Assembly: GCF_009914755.1 (NCBI RefSeq)
Contig: NC_060939.1
Length of the DNA: 64,000 nt
From: the human T2T-CHM13v2.0 reference genome, Homo sapiens
Reading direction: 5' to 3' (one strand)
Shown here: piece by piece, positions 38,540-52,140 of the stretch
Numbering within the stretch: the first letter of the stretch is position 1
How the letters are laid out: each line of letters opens with the position of its first letter
Made by a program: the position numbers and the translations under genes
Notes under the pieces: generated by a model
What the model was told of the DNA's origin: nothing
Seen by the model: the letters and a program-made list of their open reading frames with translations, nothing else
The model's database searches: none

Positions 38540-41500
38540 TCTGCCATTTGGTAGCTGAGTAAATTTTTGTATTTACTCGGAGGGGTGTTTAAGTCTCTAA
38601 GTATAACAGTGGATATATATATATATTTCTCTTTCAATTCTTCCAGTTTTACCTCTTGTCTTTTAATGTTCTTTTGTTAGGTACATGCACGATGAGGATT
38701 ATTTTGTCTTCTTGGAGAATTAACACATCTATTATTGTGTAAGGCCACTATCTATTCTTGACAAACCTCCTTGTTCTGATGTCCACTTCGTCTGAAATTA
38801 ATATAGCTTTCTAACTTACTTTTGATTAGTGTTAGCATTGTATATATTTCTCTATCCCTTTCATTTTAACCTGCCTGAGTCTTTATGTTTAAAATGAGTT
38901 TCTTTAGACAACATAGAGTTGGGGCTTTTTAAGATTTTAATCTACTGTGACAATCTCTGTCTTTTATTTGACATATTTAGAGCATTTACACTTAAAGTGA
39001 TTATGAATATAGCTGGATTAATATCTACCATGTTTTCTGTTGCTTGCATTTGTTCTTTGTTTTCCTCTCCATTTTTTAACCTTTTCTGGTTTAATTGAGC
39101 ATTTTATGTGATTCCATTTCAACTTCTCTCTTTGCACATCAGTTGTACTTCTTATAAAAATATTAGTAGTTGCTTTAAAGTTCACATTTTACATTTTTAA
39201 CAAAGCAAAGGCTTCTTGCAAATAATATGATACTGCTTCTTATGTAGTACAGAAACCTGGATAGAGAATTCCTAATTATTTTATCCTGTATCCTGCAACA
39301 TTGCTGCCCTTTATTTTACTTATCCATGTGTTATAATCACACTGTTATAATTATTACTTTACAAAGTTATCCTTTATAAAAATGAAGAAAAAGAAGAAAT
39401 ACATTTTGTTTCCTTTATACTTTCTCTAGTACTCCTTTCTTTTTTATATAGATCTAAGTTTCTGGCACGCCACTTTTCTTCTGCATGATTAAATTCTTTT
39501 AACATTTCTTGCAGGGTAGGTCTGCTCTTGACAAATTCCCTTAGTTTTTGTTTGTATGAGAAACTTTTGGCTGAGCACTGTGGCTCACACCTGTAATCCC
39601 AGCACTTTGGGAGGCCGAGGCAGGGGGATCCCCTGAGGTCAGGAGTTCAAGACCAGCCTGGCCAATGTGGTGAAACCCCATCTCTACTAAAAATACAAAA
39701 ATTAGCAGGGCATGGTGGCACACTCAGTAGTCCCAGCTACCCAGGAGGCTGAGGCACAAGAATCACTTGGAACCCAGGAGGTGGAGGTTTCAGTGAGCCA
39801 AGATTGCACTGCTGCACTTCAGCCTAGGTGACAGAGTGAGACTCCCTCTCAAAAAAAAAAAAAAAAGAGAGAGAAAGAAAGAGAGAGAAAAAGAAAGAAA
39901 GGAAAGAAAGAGAAAGAAAGAAAGAAAAGAAAGAAGGAAAAAGAAATTCTATATTTCTCTTTTGAGGGATAATTTATCTGGATATTGAATTCTAGTCTGG
40001 AGCTTTTTCTTTCTTTCAACATTTTAAATATTTCACTCACTCTTCTTGCATAGTTTCTGAAGAGAAGTACATTTGAATTCTTGTTCTTCTTTCTCAAATG
40101 TTAAAATTTACACCCTTCATTCCCCAGCTTTTTCCAAAATTGACTGTTTTGGCTTCCTGCAGTGTGAATATGGTATGACCAAGTGATCTTTTAATTGCAT
40201 TTTACATTTATCTCTTTATTTACTTTAATCATGGTGTTATCTGGGCTTCCTGTTTTGTAGTTTTTTTGTCTGTCATTAATTTTGGAAGGTTCTTGGCCAT
40301 TATTTTTATACTTCAAATATTTCTTCTGCTTTTTTCTCCTCCTTTTGTTATTTCAATTATGTGTACGTTACACCTTTTGTAATTCTCCCATGGTTCATGA
40401 ATGTTCTAGTCTTGCTTTTTTTGATGCTTTTTTTTTCCTTATTTGTTTGAGAAGTTTAACTGACCTATTTTTATGCTCAATGTTCTTTCCTTGGCTGTGT
40501 CAATTCTACTGATGACCCCTCCTGCTCAAGGACATTCATCATTTCCGTTACAGAGTTTTTCATTTATATCATTTCCTTCTTCTTGTTTCCAGCTCTCTGT
40601 TTACATTATCTAACTGCTCTTGCATGTTATTTACTATTTCCATTAGAACCCTTGACATATTAATCACAGTAATTTTAAATTGGTTGTCTAATAATTCCAA
40701 CAACTGTGGCATATAGGAATGTGGCTCTAATGATTGCTGTGTCTCTTTACATTGATTTTTGTTTGTTTGTTGTTTGTTTCTTTTTGTCTTTCTGGCATGC
40801 CTTATAGTTTTTTTTTTAAAGCTAGACACACCGTGAGGTAAATAGTCCATTAGGATGAGAATTCATGTTGGTCTGACTAGGAATTGGGCTGTGGTTAATG
40901 TCTACTGTAGCTTTGGGTGCCAGAGGCTTAATATTTTTCTAGCATCCTTGTGTTTTTCTCTTCTTTCGACTTTGGGCTTCCCTAGGTACTTCTCCTCACA
41001 TAGAGTCTGCATCTTGCAGTGCTTCCAGCATTAATCCCCTTTACTATCCTGGAGCCCTGTGGCTGTGATGGTTTAGGGTGGAGCCAACGGAGGTTTGTTC
41101 TGTAATCTTACATTTGCACTCTGATCTTTAAGTGGAGCTGTTTTCCTGGGCTGTGGCCTTCAGAAGTTTCTTCAGTGGCATAGGTTTTCCTCCCTTACTC
41201 CTTTTCCCTTTCCCAGCTACAGTGCCCCCCAGTCTATTTCCTAGAAGCCCTAATCCCTGCTTACTATGCCCACTCCCTTAAGTGGAACAGGAGGGCTAGA
41301 GGAAGTTTGACTGGGAGGGATAAGGCTCTGGTAAGATCTTTCTCTGCTAGAGTAGGTCACTTTTATGGCAAATGCTCTGGTGTATTTCACAATGATTAAT
41401 TCTGAGATAGCCCTGCCAGAGAAAATATGGGATCTTTCTTGCATTTTCACTTTGAGAACCTTATAGGATTCCTGGAGGAAAAGCTCAGGAAAGTGTTGGG

Positions 41501-41826
41501 GGACCCCTTGAGGTGGTTGTCCCCCAGAAGTTTCTCAGTCTCATGCCCCTTCACACTCAGCCTCCACTATTCATCAGAATGATTATTTCAGTGTTCCTAC
41601 CAGCTTATGACTCCTGCAGCTTCTGCTCCAGGTAAACAGATACCTGCTGTGACTCTCTATTAACCTGCCTCTGCAGATTTCAGGGGGGGTTTCCCTGTGG
41701 TTGCAGTTGTCTGATGGGTTCAAGAAAAGTCATTGATTTTCATTTAGTGCAGCTTTTTCTCATTGTAAGGATGAGTGTGACAACCTTCAAGCTTTTTTTC
41801 ATATTAGATTTGATACCATAAGTCCT
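38540..41826 (-). mobile_element. L1M (L1MC/L1MD-like) 5' half: 5' UTR, ORF1 and start of ORF2, antisense, interrupted by an Alu
   Basis: Minus-strand ORFs give STVILRDLNTPPS (endonuclease GDFNTPLS-like), IFKMLKE (ORF1 C-terminal domain) and FKITVINMSRVLMEIVNNMQEQLDNVNRELET (ORF1 coiled coil). Confidence 0.82.
39569..39944 (+). mobile_element. AluS (Sx/Sz-like) with A tail extended by a GA-rich tract
   Basis: Full Alu body 39569-39850, A tail to 39866, purine tract to about 39944. Confidence 0.92.
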
Positions 41827-41874
41827 TGCATATGCCACTTCAGTCACAGTTAATGTTTAAGAGCTGGGGATTTC

Positions 41875-41967
41875 TGGAGGCGGAGGTCACAGTGAGCCGA
41901 GATCATGCCATTGCACTCCAGCCTGGGTGACAGAGCGAGACTCCATCTCAAAAAAAAAAAAAAAAAA
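41875..41967 (+). mobile_element. Heavily 5'-truncated Alu (end of right monomer plus A tail)
   Basis: ggaggcggaggtcacagtgagccgagatc...actccatctc(A)18; flanks aagagctggggattt and aagagttggagattt look like a diverged target-site duplication. Confidence 0.85.
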
Positions 41968-42164
41968 GAGTTGGAGATTTTCAAAGGCAGGTGTCATTAA
42001 AACTTGAAACCAAAGATTGCTGACTGAAATTGGTGTCATATACACTACTCATTATTGGAAGCAGTAAGAATCTCATGCTGGTGCAATGAAGGAACCAAGC
42101 TGCTTGGTCTTTGTCTTCAAGGACCAAACGGGGTCAAGAGAGTCATGTACCTAACCAAGAGTTA

Positions 42165-42415
42165 AGAACAGTATCTAGCATTTATTGAGCACTTACTAGT
42201 CTGAGACAGTTTTAAGTGCTATATTCGTGTATTGATGAACTAATTTAGCCTTTAAAACAACCCACTGTGATAGGATTATGATTCTCTTCATTTTTTCAGA
42301 TAGGGATACTGAGGTTCAGGGTACATAAGTAACTTGTTCAAGGTTATGTGAGTCATAGGGTGTAGTCAAGGTTCTAAAACAAGCTCCAGACCTCATTCTT
42401 TTAACCACTGTACTT
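42165..42415 (-). mobile_element. Near full-length MIR
   Basis: agcatttattgagcacttacta ... cattttttcagatagggatactgaggttcag ... aagtaacttgttcaagg ... ttttaaccactgtact. Confidence 0.75.
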
Positions 42416-44677
42416 TGCCTCTTTCCAATGATTAAGTGCAGATAATCTACTAATACTAATACATAATAATGCAAGCCATGACAAGGGAAATAAAATTTCC
42501 TCTAACATTTCAGATGGGAGGTATTACTCCTATCATGGGAAATCAGAGAAGAGTTGACATTTTAAGTTATTAAAGTCAGGATTGGACACACAAGAATAGT
42601 GGCAGGGGTTTTTGGAGGCAAGAAAATGATAGAACTGCCCAGGAACTCCTAAGCAGTATGCAGTGGAAAATAGAGGGAAGGCAAAATGTGGGGTGCTTTT
42701 GAATTAAGAAGTGATGGGATCACATATATGTTTGAGAAAAATCAGCGTGTAGTGGGACACAGGAAGAACTGGAGAGGGACAGTATAGAGCCAGATAGACC
42801 AGTTAGACAGTTGGTGTCAGATGGTTGTTATTAATGGCAGTGGGAGGGGAGCATGGGCAGGAATTGACAAGGAATTGTGAGCCACAGAATAGGAAATAAG
42901 AAAGAGGAAGGAGTTAAAATGACTTCAGTATTTGATGTTCATATGATTGGATAATGATAAAATAAGTTGCTAATGACCAAATTTATACATATATATATAT
43001 CTTTTTTACATACACATTTTATAAATACTATATATACGGTATGTATAAATTATATATAATTGAATTAAAAAATGAAATAGGGGCTTGTAAAGAAGAACAC
43101 ATAAAATATTCCAGGCTTCTGGCTTGTTATACTTAGTTGGGCCTGAACGTAAAATGAAGCTTGAATTTCCCAGTAGCCAGAGAACAAGGGGAAGTGATGT
43201 CTGCCTTAACCATTGCCTCTGGGTTGGGATTATGCCATTTCTTCGAAGAGACACTCTTCTAGACTAGGGTTAAAATCTAGAGGGAATTTATTTAACTCAA
43301 ATACAGAAAACCACAAAAGTCACAAAGGTTGGTGTCCTTGGCTTCCACTCTCAATGGGACACTGCAGAAGCTGCTGGGGTCGACCCTGTCTTTGAATCTT
43401 CCAGCAAGAGAACATGCTCGCCAAGCATCTGCTCTGTCTCCTTCTCCTTGCAAACCTCCTAAGGGCATCTCTCTGTTGTTTAGTTAGGATAACAGAATCC
43501 TGTCTGCTTCCACAGCCTTGTGGAAAGTTTTGCACAGGCACAGTTTATCAAATAATTACAGAGGAGAACTGAGAGGCTTCATAGAGCCTGTGAATTTAGA
43601 GAAACCTAGACTCTGGGAAAGCAGTTGCACTGGATTCTCTCTCCCCGGGACATGTCCTTTCTGGCTCTCTATAAAGTTGCAGAACCATGTTTATCTTTTT
43701 GTCATACCTGACTGCATCCTTTACTGCCCTAAGGTCTTTTTTTTTTTCTTCAGTGACAATAACAAAAAAAAAAACCTAACTTTCCCATCGGTACTCACTT
43801 CTGGCTACTTAAATAGTAGCCAAAAGATTACCAGGTTAGGGTTGCAGTTTTCCCCTTTATACACACAAAATCTCTAATTTAGATAAATTGTCACTCTTAT
43901 CACGTTTTTCTTCCCTGCTCACTTTCCCAGCCACCATCTTGGCCTTCAGATTGTCTCTTCATGCATATCGCTGACGTTTAAAAGTTTCAAGCTTGATGGT
44001 GTCTTACAGATCACCTCCTCGGAGACTCGCTTCCATTCGTGGGGAAATGAAGGCTCAGAGAGGTTGCATTTGCCTCCATGGGGCCCACAGAGCTGGCTGG
44101 TGGTTGCTGTGAATTGGGAAATCACATTTTCTGACTTCTCATCGCGTGTTCTCACTACTCAACACTGGGAGGAACCATTGAATTAAAAGTTCAAAATCAA
44201 CTCGATATTTTCCAATTGTTTCTTTGTTTTTTCAAATGGATATCAGTAAATAAAAATGGACACATTCAGTATAAGCAGAAGCCTTCTGTCCTCAGGGAGT
44301 TCGCAGTGCAGTTGCAGGTAGGACAGATGGCGAAGGCGTGGGAGAGCAGTTACCCACAGATGACCAGATGTGTGTGGAAACCCCCTCCTCTCTACGTCCA
44401 GGGAGTCTGGAGGGAGTCTGGAGGGAGTCCAGCGCATCAACACCACCAGGGCCAGCGCTGGAGGATGGACGGTGCATGATGGGCCCAGGAGAGGGAGAGA
44501 GCCTGGTGAGGAAGTCCCCAGAGCCATGGGGGAGGAAGACAGCCCCAGACCTGGCAGACACCTGGCACTGGCCTGGGGCGAGTGCTGAGGTGAGGACAGA
44601 CAGGCTTTGTGGCCTGGGCTGACAAAGGGTCTCCACAGCCCTTTATCAAGCCAGGCAGCCATGTATTTGTCCTTGTG

Positions 44678-46000
44678 AATGGTGTGTGTGTGTGGGTCGT
44701 GTGTGTTTGTGTGTGTGTATCATGTGTGTTTGTGTGTGTGTATCGTGTGTGTATGCTGTGTGTGCATATGGTGTGTGTTTGTGTGTGTATGGTGTGTGAA
44801 TGCATTTACTTGTGTGTATGGTGTGTATGATGTGTTTGTGTGTATGGTGTATGTGCATATGGTGTGTGTGTGTGTATGGTATGTGTGTGTATAGTGTGTG
44901 TATGGTGTGTGTGTATGGTGTGTGTGTATGGTGCGTGTGTTTGAGTATGGTGTGTGTGTATGGTGCATGTGCGTATGGTGTATTTGTGTGTATGTATGGT
45001 ATGTTTGTGTGTATGGTGTTTGTGCGTGTATGGTGTGTGTGTTTGTGTGTATGGTGTTTGTGTGTATGGTGTGTGTGTTTGTGTGTATATGTTGTGTGTA
45101 TGGTGTGTTTGTGTGTATGGTGTATGTGTATGGTGTGTGTGTGTATGGTATATGTGTGTATGTGTGAGTGCCTTTGTGTGTGTATGGTGTGTGTGTATGG
45201 TATATGTGTGTATAGTGTTTGTGTGTGTGTATGTGTGTATGGTGTGTGTGTATATGGTGTGTGTGTTTGTGTGTGTATGTTTGTATGGTGTGTGTATGGT
45301 GTGTGTGTGTTGGTATGTGTGTATGGTGTGTTTGTGTGTGTGTTGGTGTGTGTATGGTGTTTGTGTGTGTATGGTGTATGTGTGTATGGTGTGTGTGTAT
45401 GGCGTTTGTGTGTGTATGGTATGTGTGTGTATGGTATGTGTTTGTGTGTATGGTCTGTGTGTGTGTATGGGGTATTTGTGTGTGTTTGTGTGTATGGTCT
45501 GTGTGTGTGTATGGGGTATTTGTGTGTGTGTGTATATATATGTGTGTATGTATGAGTGTGTTTATGGTGTTTGTATAGTGTGTGTTTGTGTGTATGGTGT
45601 CTGTATATATGATGTGTGTGTTTATGGTGTATGTGTGTATAGTGTGTGTGTTTGTATGGTGTGTTTGTGTATGGTGTGTGCGTATGTATGATGTGTGTGT
45701 ATGGTGTATGTATGTATAGTGTGTGTGTGTTTGTGTGTGTATGGTGTGTGTTTATCGTGTGTGTATGGTGTATGTCTGTATAATGTGTGTGTATGGTGTG
45801 TGTGTGTATATATGATGTGTGGGTTTATGGTGTATGCGTGTATAGTGTGTGTGTGTATGGTATGTGTGTATCGTGTGTGTGTGTATGGTGCATGTGTGTG
45901 TATGATGTGTGTATGTATGGTGTGTGTGTATGTATGATGTGTGTATTGTGTGTTTGTGTATGGTGTGTGTGTTTGTGTATGGTGTGTGTGTTTGTGTGTA
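44678..46000. repeat. TG-rich degenerate tandem repeat, core (TG)n-TATGG, about 1.3 kb
   Basis: Directly visible; + strand almost entirely T and G with the recurring unit gtgtgtatgg. Confidence 0.97.
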
Positions 46001-46922
46001 TCTTGGATCCTTTTAAGACTGCGTGGCAGTGTAGGGATTCTGCCAGACCGTTCAGCTAATCTCCGTCTCGCGCTCACTGTTCACAGCGTAAATCCAGACC
46101 CATAGTGAGAGGAAGAGGACCCAGGGAGAGCACGATTATCCCCCGCACACTTCAAGGGGTGATGGGGTGGGATCTCTGCCAATTTCTCTTATTCCGTTAG
46201 CTGAAGCTTAGAAAAATAACCCAGGAAATCCCACAAGATGTAAATCCAGGGTGAGCCAAGCAGATTGATAGTCTTCTAATTAGTACGAAAAAGATTCGAG
46301 AATTGGATCCTAGGAATGAGAACACAGGGGCCGGCAGTGTGTCTGGATGAGGAACTGTGCCGCCTGCTGTTCAGGTGCTATTTCTGTCCGACCTGTGGGA
46401 CAGGCGCTCACACCACCCCACACTGCCCCGGGGAGGCAGGCCAAGGAAGCCCCCTGCCAAGGCAGCAGCCACATACCAAACCGTTGGGTGATATCGGTCT
46501 TGGTTATTGGTCCCTAGGATTGTGCTTGAGAAAGGAGCTCAGTGTCTTCCCCATATGCCACGTTTCACGCAGATGCATGGGGTGATATAGCGCAAGGTGG
46601 AGGGTGCAATATGGGGCCCAGGTATAGCAACACCTAACTCATAGGACTATGGGGGGCGTAAAATAAGACTCCAGCACATGCTCACTTGGTAAGTCATTGC
46701 ATCTGCATTATCTTATCATCACGATTGCTGACAATGAGCCATTGAAAGCGAGTGGATCGTTTGATGGTTGGGTGTTAGGTATTTGAAGTGTGACGTCTAC
46801 AAACCTCCCGACTTCTGTGTTCCTTCATGTTCTTTTCCCTTTTTATTACACAAAAACTCCTCCTTTGCAGACCTGAGAATTGTCCTTGATGTTTTTCCTT
46901 CCCTCCCTCACTGTCTTTGTAG

Positions 46923-47550
<628 letters not shown>

Positions 47551-49077
47551 AGTATGTGCGTAGTTTTCAATCATTCTCCAGATCTTGGCTTCAAAGTAAC
47601 CATATCCAAGAAGTCTTCCCAGATTCTTTGTGTAAACTAGTACCCGCTCCTCAGCCCTGGACTCCATTTTCTCTGAGATGCTGTGCATGGTCTAGTTTCT
47701 GTGTTCATTGCCTCTCCCACCCCATGGGGCACCATAAGGACAAGGAGTTTTCTTTGCTCTCTCCTGCACCTCCAGCCCCTGGGGCAATGCCTGGCTCTGT
47801 AAGGGCTCAGGAGGGAAGAAAGAAGGGAGGGAGGAAGGGCTTGATGAGGTAGCTGGCTGATTGCACAGTCATCACTTTGGCTCAGATCCAGGCCTGTACC
47901 GACTAAGAAGCTGGATGCCTTTGGGGAATTTACCCTCTAAGCCTTCGTCTCATAGCCTGAAAAATTATGGTAATACTAGAAGGATGAAGTTTATCAAGCC
48001 CAGGTAGCATGGTGAGCTACTCTTCACACATAGAAAACTGACAGCATTTGTGAGTTATCATTTGTGCAATTATCACCATGGGAATGCTGCAAGCCCCTGC
48101 GTACCTCCTTCTCACCTTCTCAGAAGAGCAGGATGGAATTCAGTGGAGTGCAGGGCTTGCCACACCCTGAATCATTTCTAATCAACAAAAGCAAATCCTT
48201 CGCCAACATTCTGACTATGCTTAATGGAATATGACTTGACCCATGCCTACATGGCTATGGAACTGCAAGGGCACCACCCGTCCCCAATCTTAACAGTCCA
48301 AGTCCCCGTGTGGGTGGCACTGCCTGTGTGTGGATGCAGGGCTTGAAAGCTGAGCATTCACCAGGGGCCTGAGGAAGGGCAGGAGCACTTAGCTGCACTG
48401 AGAAGCACCAGGAGGAGATTTAAGAAATGCTGATGCATTTTCTGATTTTTATGGGTTGCAGTAGCAGTATGCCACAACCAGAGAGACTACTGTAGGAACT
48501 CAACAAGCAGGTTTACTGTAAGGTTCTGTTATGTGAGTGGATATCTCACATGCATTTAAAGTATGATTCAATTCCCACAAGCTCAATGTCTATCACAATC
48601 TTATGGAAGAGTCTCATTAACTAGACAAAAGCTCCCAAAGTTCAGTGGCTGCAGCTGCTACATTCAGCACCACATGCTCAGTACAAAGTCTAGGTGATTT
48701 TTTAAAGATTCCTAAATGAACATTTGATGTCAGGCCATTCTCTGTTCATGCCCAGGACCTGTGTGATATGTGCTTTCTGGTTCTAATCGGAGGATCATTG
48801 AGAAGGAGAGAGCTCTGCCAATAATTATGAGAGGGCAACAAAACTCAGTTGTGTGGTGCCAGGAAGACCCAGGGTGTTTGGCCATTGCCGGCAGCTAAAG
48901 GCCTGTCTCAGCTGCCTTCCGATGAGCCACACCTGCTTATCTCTTAGACTGTTCATGTCTCAATATGTACCACCAGATGAGAGCTGCTTAGTGATCTTTA
49001 GTCTGTAACCTCAAATGGATCTGTTTCCTGTAAATGAACAGACCATGGAAAGAGGGAGAATTAAAGCATGTGAGTGT

Positions 49078-49933
49078 GCAACTCAACAATAAAAACAAAC
49101 ATAAGGTAATTAAAAATGGGCAAAGGGTTTGAATAGACATTTCTCCAAAGAAGTTATACAAATGACCAATCAGCACAAGCAAAAATGCCCAGCACCATAG
49201 GTCATGAGGGAAATGTAAAATCAAACCCACATGAGATGCCACTTCCCACCCACTAGGATGGCTATAACACAAAAGATACCATAACAACAAGTGTTGGTGA
49301 TGATAGAGAGCAAGCACTTTGCTGGTGGAAATGTCAGGTGGTTCTGCTACTTCGGAAAACAGTTTGGCAGTTCCTCAAACAGTAAAGCATAGAGTTACCA
49401 TGTAACCTAGCAATTCAAATGTTAAGTATATAGCAGGGAAAACATGAAAACATGTATTTACACAAAAACTTGTACATGAATGTGCATAGCAGCATTATTC
49501 ATAATATACAAAAAGTGGGGGGAAACCCAGATGTCTATCGCTAATGAATGGGTAAATAGAATGTGGTCTGGACATACAATGAATATTCTTCAGCCTTAAA
49601 ATGGAAGGAAATTCAAACAGATGCTACAACATAGATAAACTTGGAAACCATGCAAAGTGAAAAAACCAGACACTAAAGGACAGTATGATTCCACTTATAT
49701 GAAATACCTAGAATAGACAAATTCATAGAGAAAAAAAGTATATTAGTGAATGCCGGGGGTTGGGATTGGGGAATGGGGAATGATACCTAAAAGGCACAGA
49801 TAGGGTTGTTTTTTGGAGTGATGGAAAAGGTCTGGAATTAGATTGTTACTGAAACCCACCAAATTGTCTACTTTTAAAGGGCGACCTTTATAGTATGTGA
49901 ATTACAGCTCAATAAAGCTGCTATTTTAAAAAA
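49078..49933 (+). mobile_element. L1MB-type 3' fragment
   Basis: aaaatgggcaaagggtttgaatagacatttctccaaagaag ... gtatgtgaattacagctcaataaagctgct. Confidence 0.85.
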
Positions 49934-51179
49934 GAGTATCAGTGATTCAGAAAGTGTATTCATCATAATTAATTTTATAGTCCTATAACAAATTACACTT
50001 CACCTTTGATTTCCATGATAATTTCAAAAAACAGTGCCACCTGGAAGAAAAAACAAAGATATGAGGGAAGGGTAGGGGGTGGGGAGAGAGGTCTTCATGT
50101 GTAACCAAAGTTGACCTCTCACAACTCTGTGATTCTCATTCTTTGAATCAGTGATTCCAGGGATAAGCCTACATCTCCCGCTGGGCCTCAACATTCGTTA
50201 TTCATTCCTTTGGCAGCTATTTTTTGAGAATGTACTATATGGCAGGATATCAGAAAGGAGCTAACATGGTCCCTCGGCTCTTCTCTTCAGACTAATCTCC
50301 ATCTTTTCCCCAACATCTACATATAGGCTCAGTCTGCAAAGGAAAAGCTGTTGATGGAACTTGCCACTATACACAAGAGAAACTCTAGAGAATTCTGCTT
50401 CTTAGATTTAATCCTATAAGTCTAAGAAGGAAAATAAAGGATCATTGTTAAGGAAAAACAGGTGCTCCTCAATGTTTATCAAATTAGTAAAGAGTTTAAC
50501 CAACCCAAACAGTCAACAGTCAGAAATGGGTTAAATAAATCCTGGTGTACCCACACAAAAACAGTAGGCTGCCCACTTTGAACATGATGCTTAGGATTTG
50601 CATTTCATTGAGATGGAAGGGGTTTCTTGATACAGGGTTGAGTGATGCATGCAATTAGACCACAGCAAGAGTCACATAACCCTATAGGTTTATTTAATGT
50701 CTGCAGGTAAGCAATGAAGTAAATATTTCACCACGTTAATTCTAGGTGATGTTCATTCTATAATGAGTGTTCATTATAAAATCCTTTCAACCTTTTTGTA
50801 TATTTGGAATTTTCATAATAGAATGTCATAAAAATAAATGATCACCAACAGTAGGAAGTTTAATTAGACCCAGTTTTTTAGACTTCTAAAAGGGGACTGC
50901 ATTGGGCTGCACTCCAATATAAAAATTACCCTTGTGATCACGGCGCCTCTCATTGTGTTTTAACACCCATCCTGTCGCTCTGTCTTCCCCAACACTGAGA
51001 AGAGACTAGCCCTTCTTGCACTTCCTCCCTGTTCTGCCAGTGGAACCATTCCTAGTGAGTAACTGAATTTCTTAAGATCCACTGAGTCTCAATAGAATCT
51101 ACATTAGCAGCCATGAAATTCAAGTGGGTAAATTGACGTAGTATAAGATGTAAAGCTACTGGTCTGTGGACACACAAAT

Positions 51180-52140
51180 ACTGCAGAAATGCTCTCAGTC
51201 CTACACAAGGCTCTTAAACATTATTGGAACACCACCCAAAACTTTTATTTATGTGGATTATCTCTATCATTATTCACTATATTAAAAATTTCAACTTAGA
51301 CATTCAAAAATATGTATTATTGATTAATCTAAATATAATAAAAAGCCTACATAAGTGACACATTTCTAAAAAAATAACTCTATTATACCACCCAAAAAGA
51401 AAATTTAGTAAGGACAGTGACATTGTTTTACATTTTTGCAAATATCTTTAATGTCTGGCTCAATAAAAGACAGATGATTTTCATATCTGCTTCCGCATTC
51501 AATCTGTTGCAACATGTAATTTCTGTGAAGGAAATTTACCCTGAGCTGGATATGAAAATGGATGGTGATTTTATTAGACTTTTCAGATAATGATGCATAC
51601 TCTTCCTTGACATCACATCAAACTCAACAACTAGCAGTTTCTTGGAGTTTAATTCTAATGTGGAACCTGAAACTCTATACTATTCATATCTTGTTACCTT
51701 CCCAAACATTGGTTTATCTTGTACTTTAAATGTACCTTTTACCCATGCATGAATTTGTAACTTCAGGCATTGGAAAATATTGGTTCACAGAGTTATGCTG
51801 ATCATCCAAATGTTGACACGATATTACAAAAACCACATTTATTAGTCTCCCAACCAATTGTGTTAGAAAAGTATTTAAATATTGAGAAGCTACCAGACTC
51901 ATGAAGGTGGATACGAGCTTTCCAAAATTCCAATTTCCACTGGAAATCTCGACTTTTAGTATTGGCAACAAATACTGCCAGTTGTTTTCTTAGAAGTGAC
52001 AGACTCCATTCATTTTCAAGAAAATGGCTACCAAACACCCCAGTCTGAAAATAACCATAGTTTGTTGCTCTTACGAGTGAAAATGCTATTTCATACACGA
52101 AGCTTTGTCCTTCAGCACCCAAGATTTAAGGATAATTATG
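51180..52140 (-). mobile_element. hAT-Charlie DNA transposon fragment (Charlie1-like)
   Basis: cattgttttacatttttgcaaatatctttaatgtctggct ... atatctgcttccgcattcaatctgttg and ccaaaattccaatttccactggaaatctcgactttt resemble recalled Charlie1 sequence; minus-strand ORF fragments include WKLEFWK. Confidence 0.6.

Noticed and set aside
44437-46077. Long Cys/Val-rich and His/Thr-rich ORFs up to 251 aa (metallothionein- or keratin-like look)
   Set aside because: Open in several frames on both strands simply because the TG repeat rarely makes stop codons.
48663-48683. REST/RE1 site (ttcagcaccac)
   Set aside because: Only the left half-site matches and the GGACAG half is absent; the same applies near 52111.
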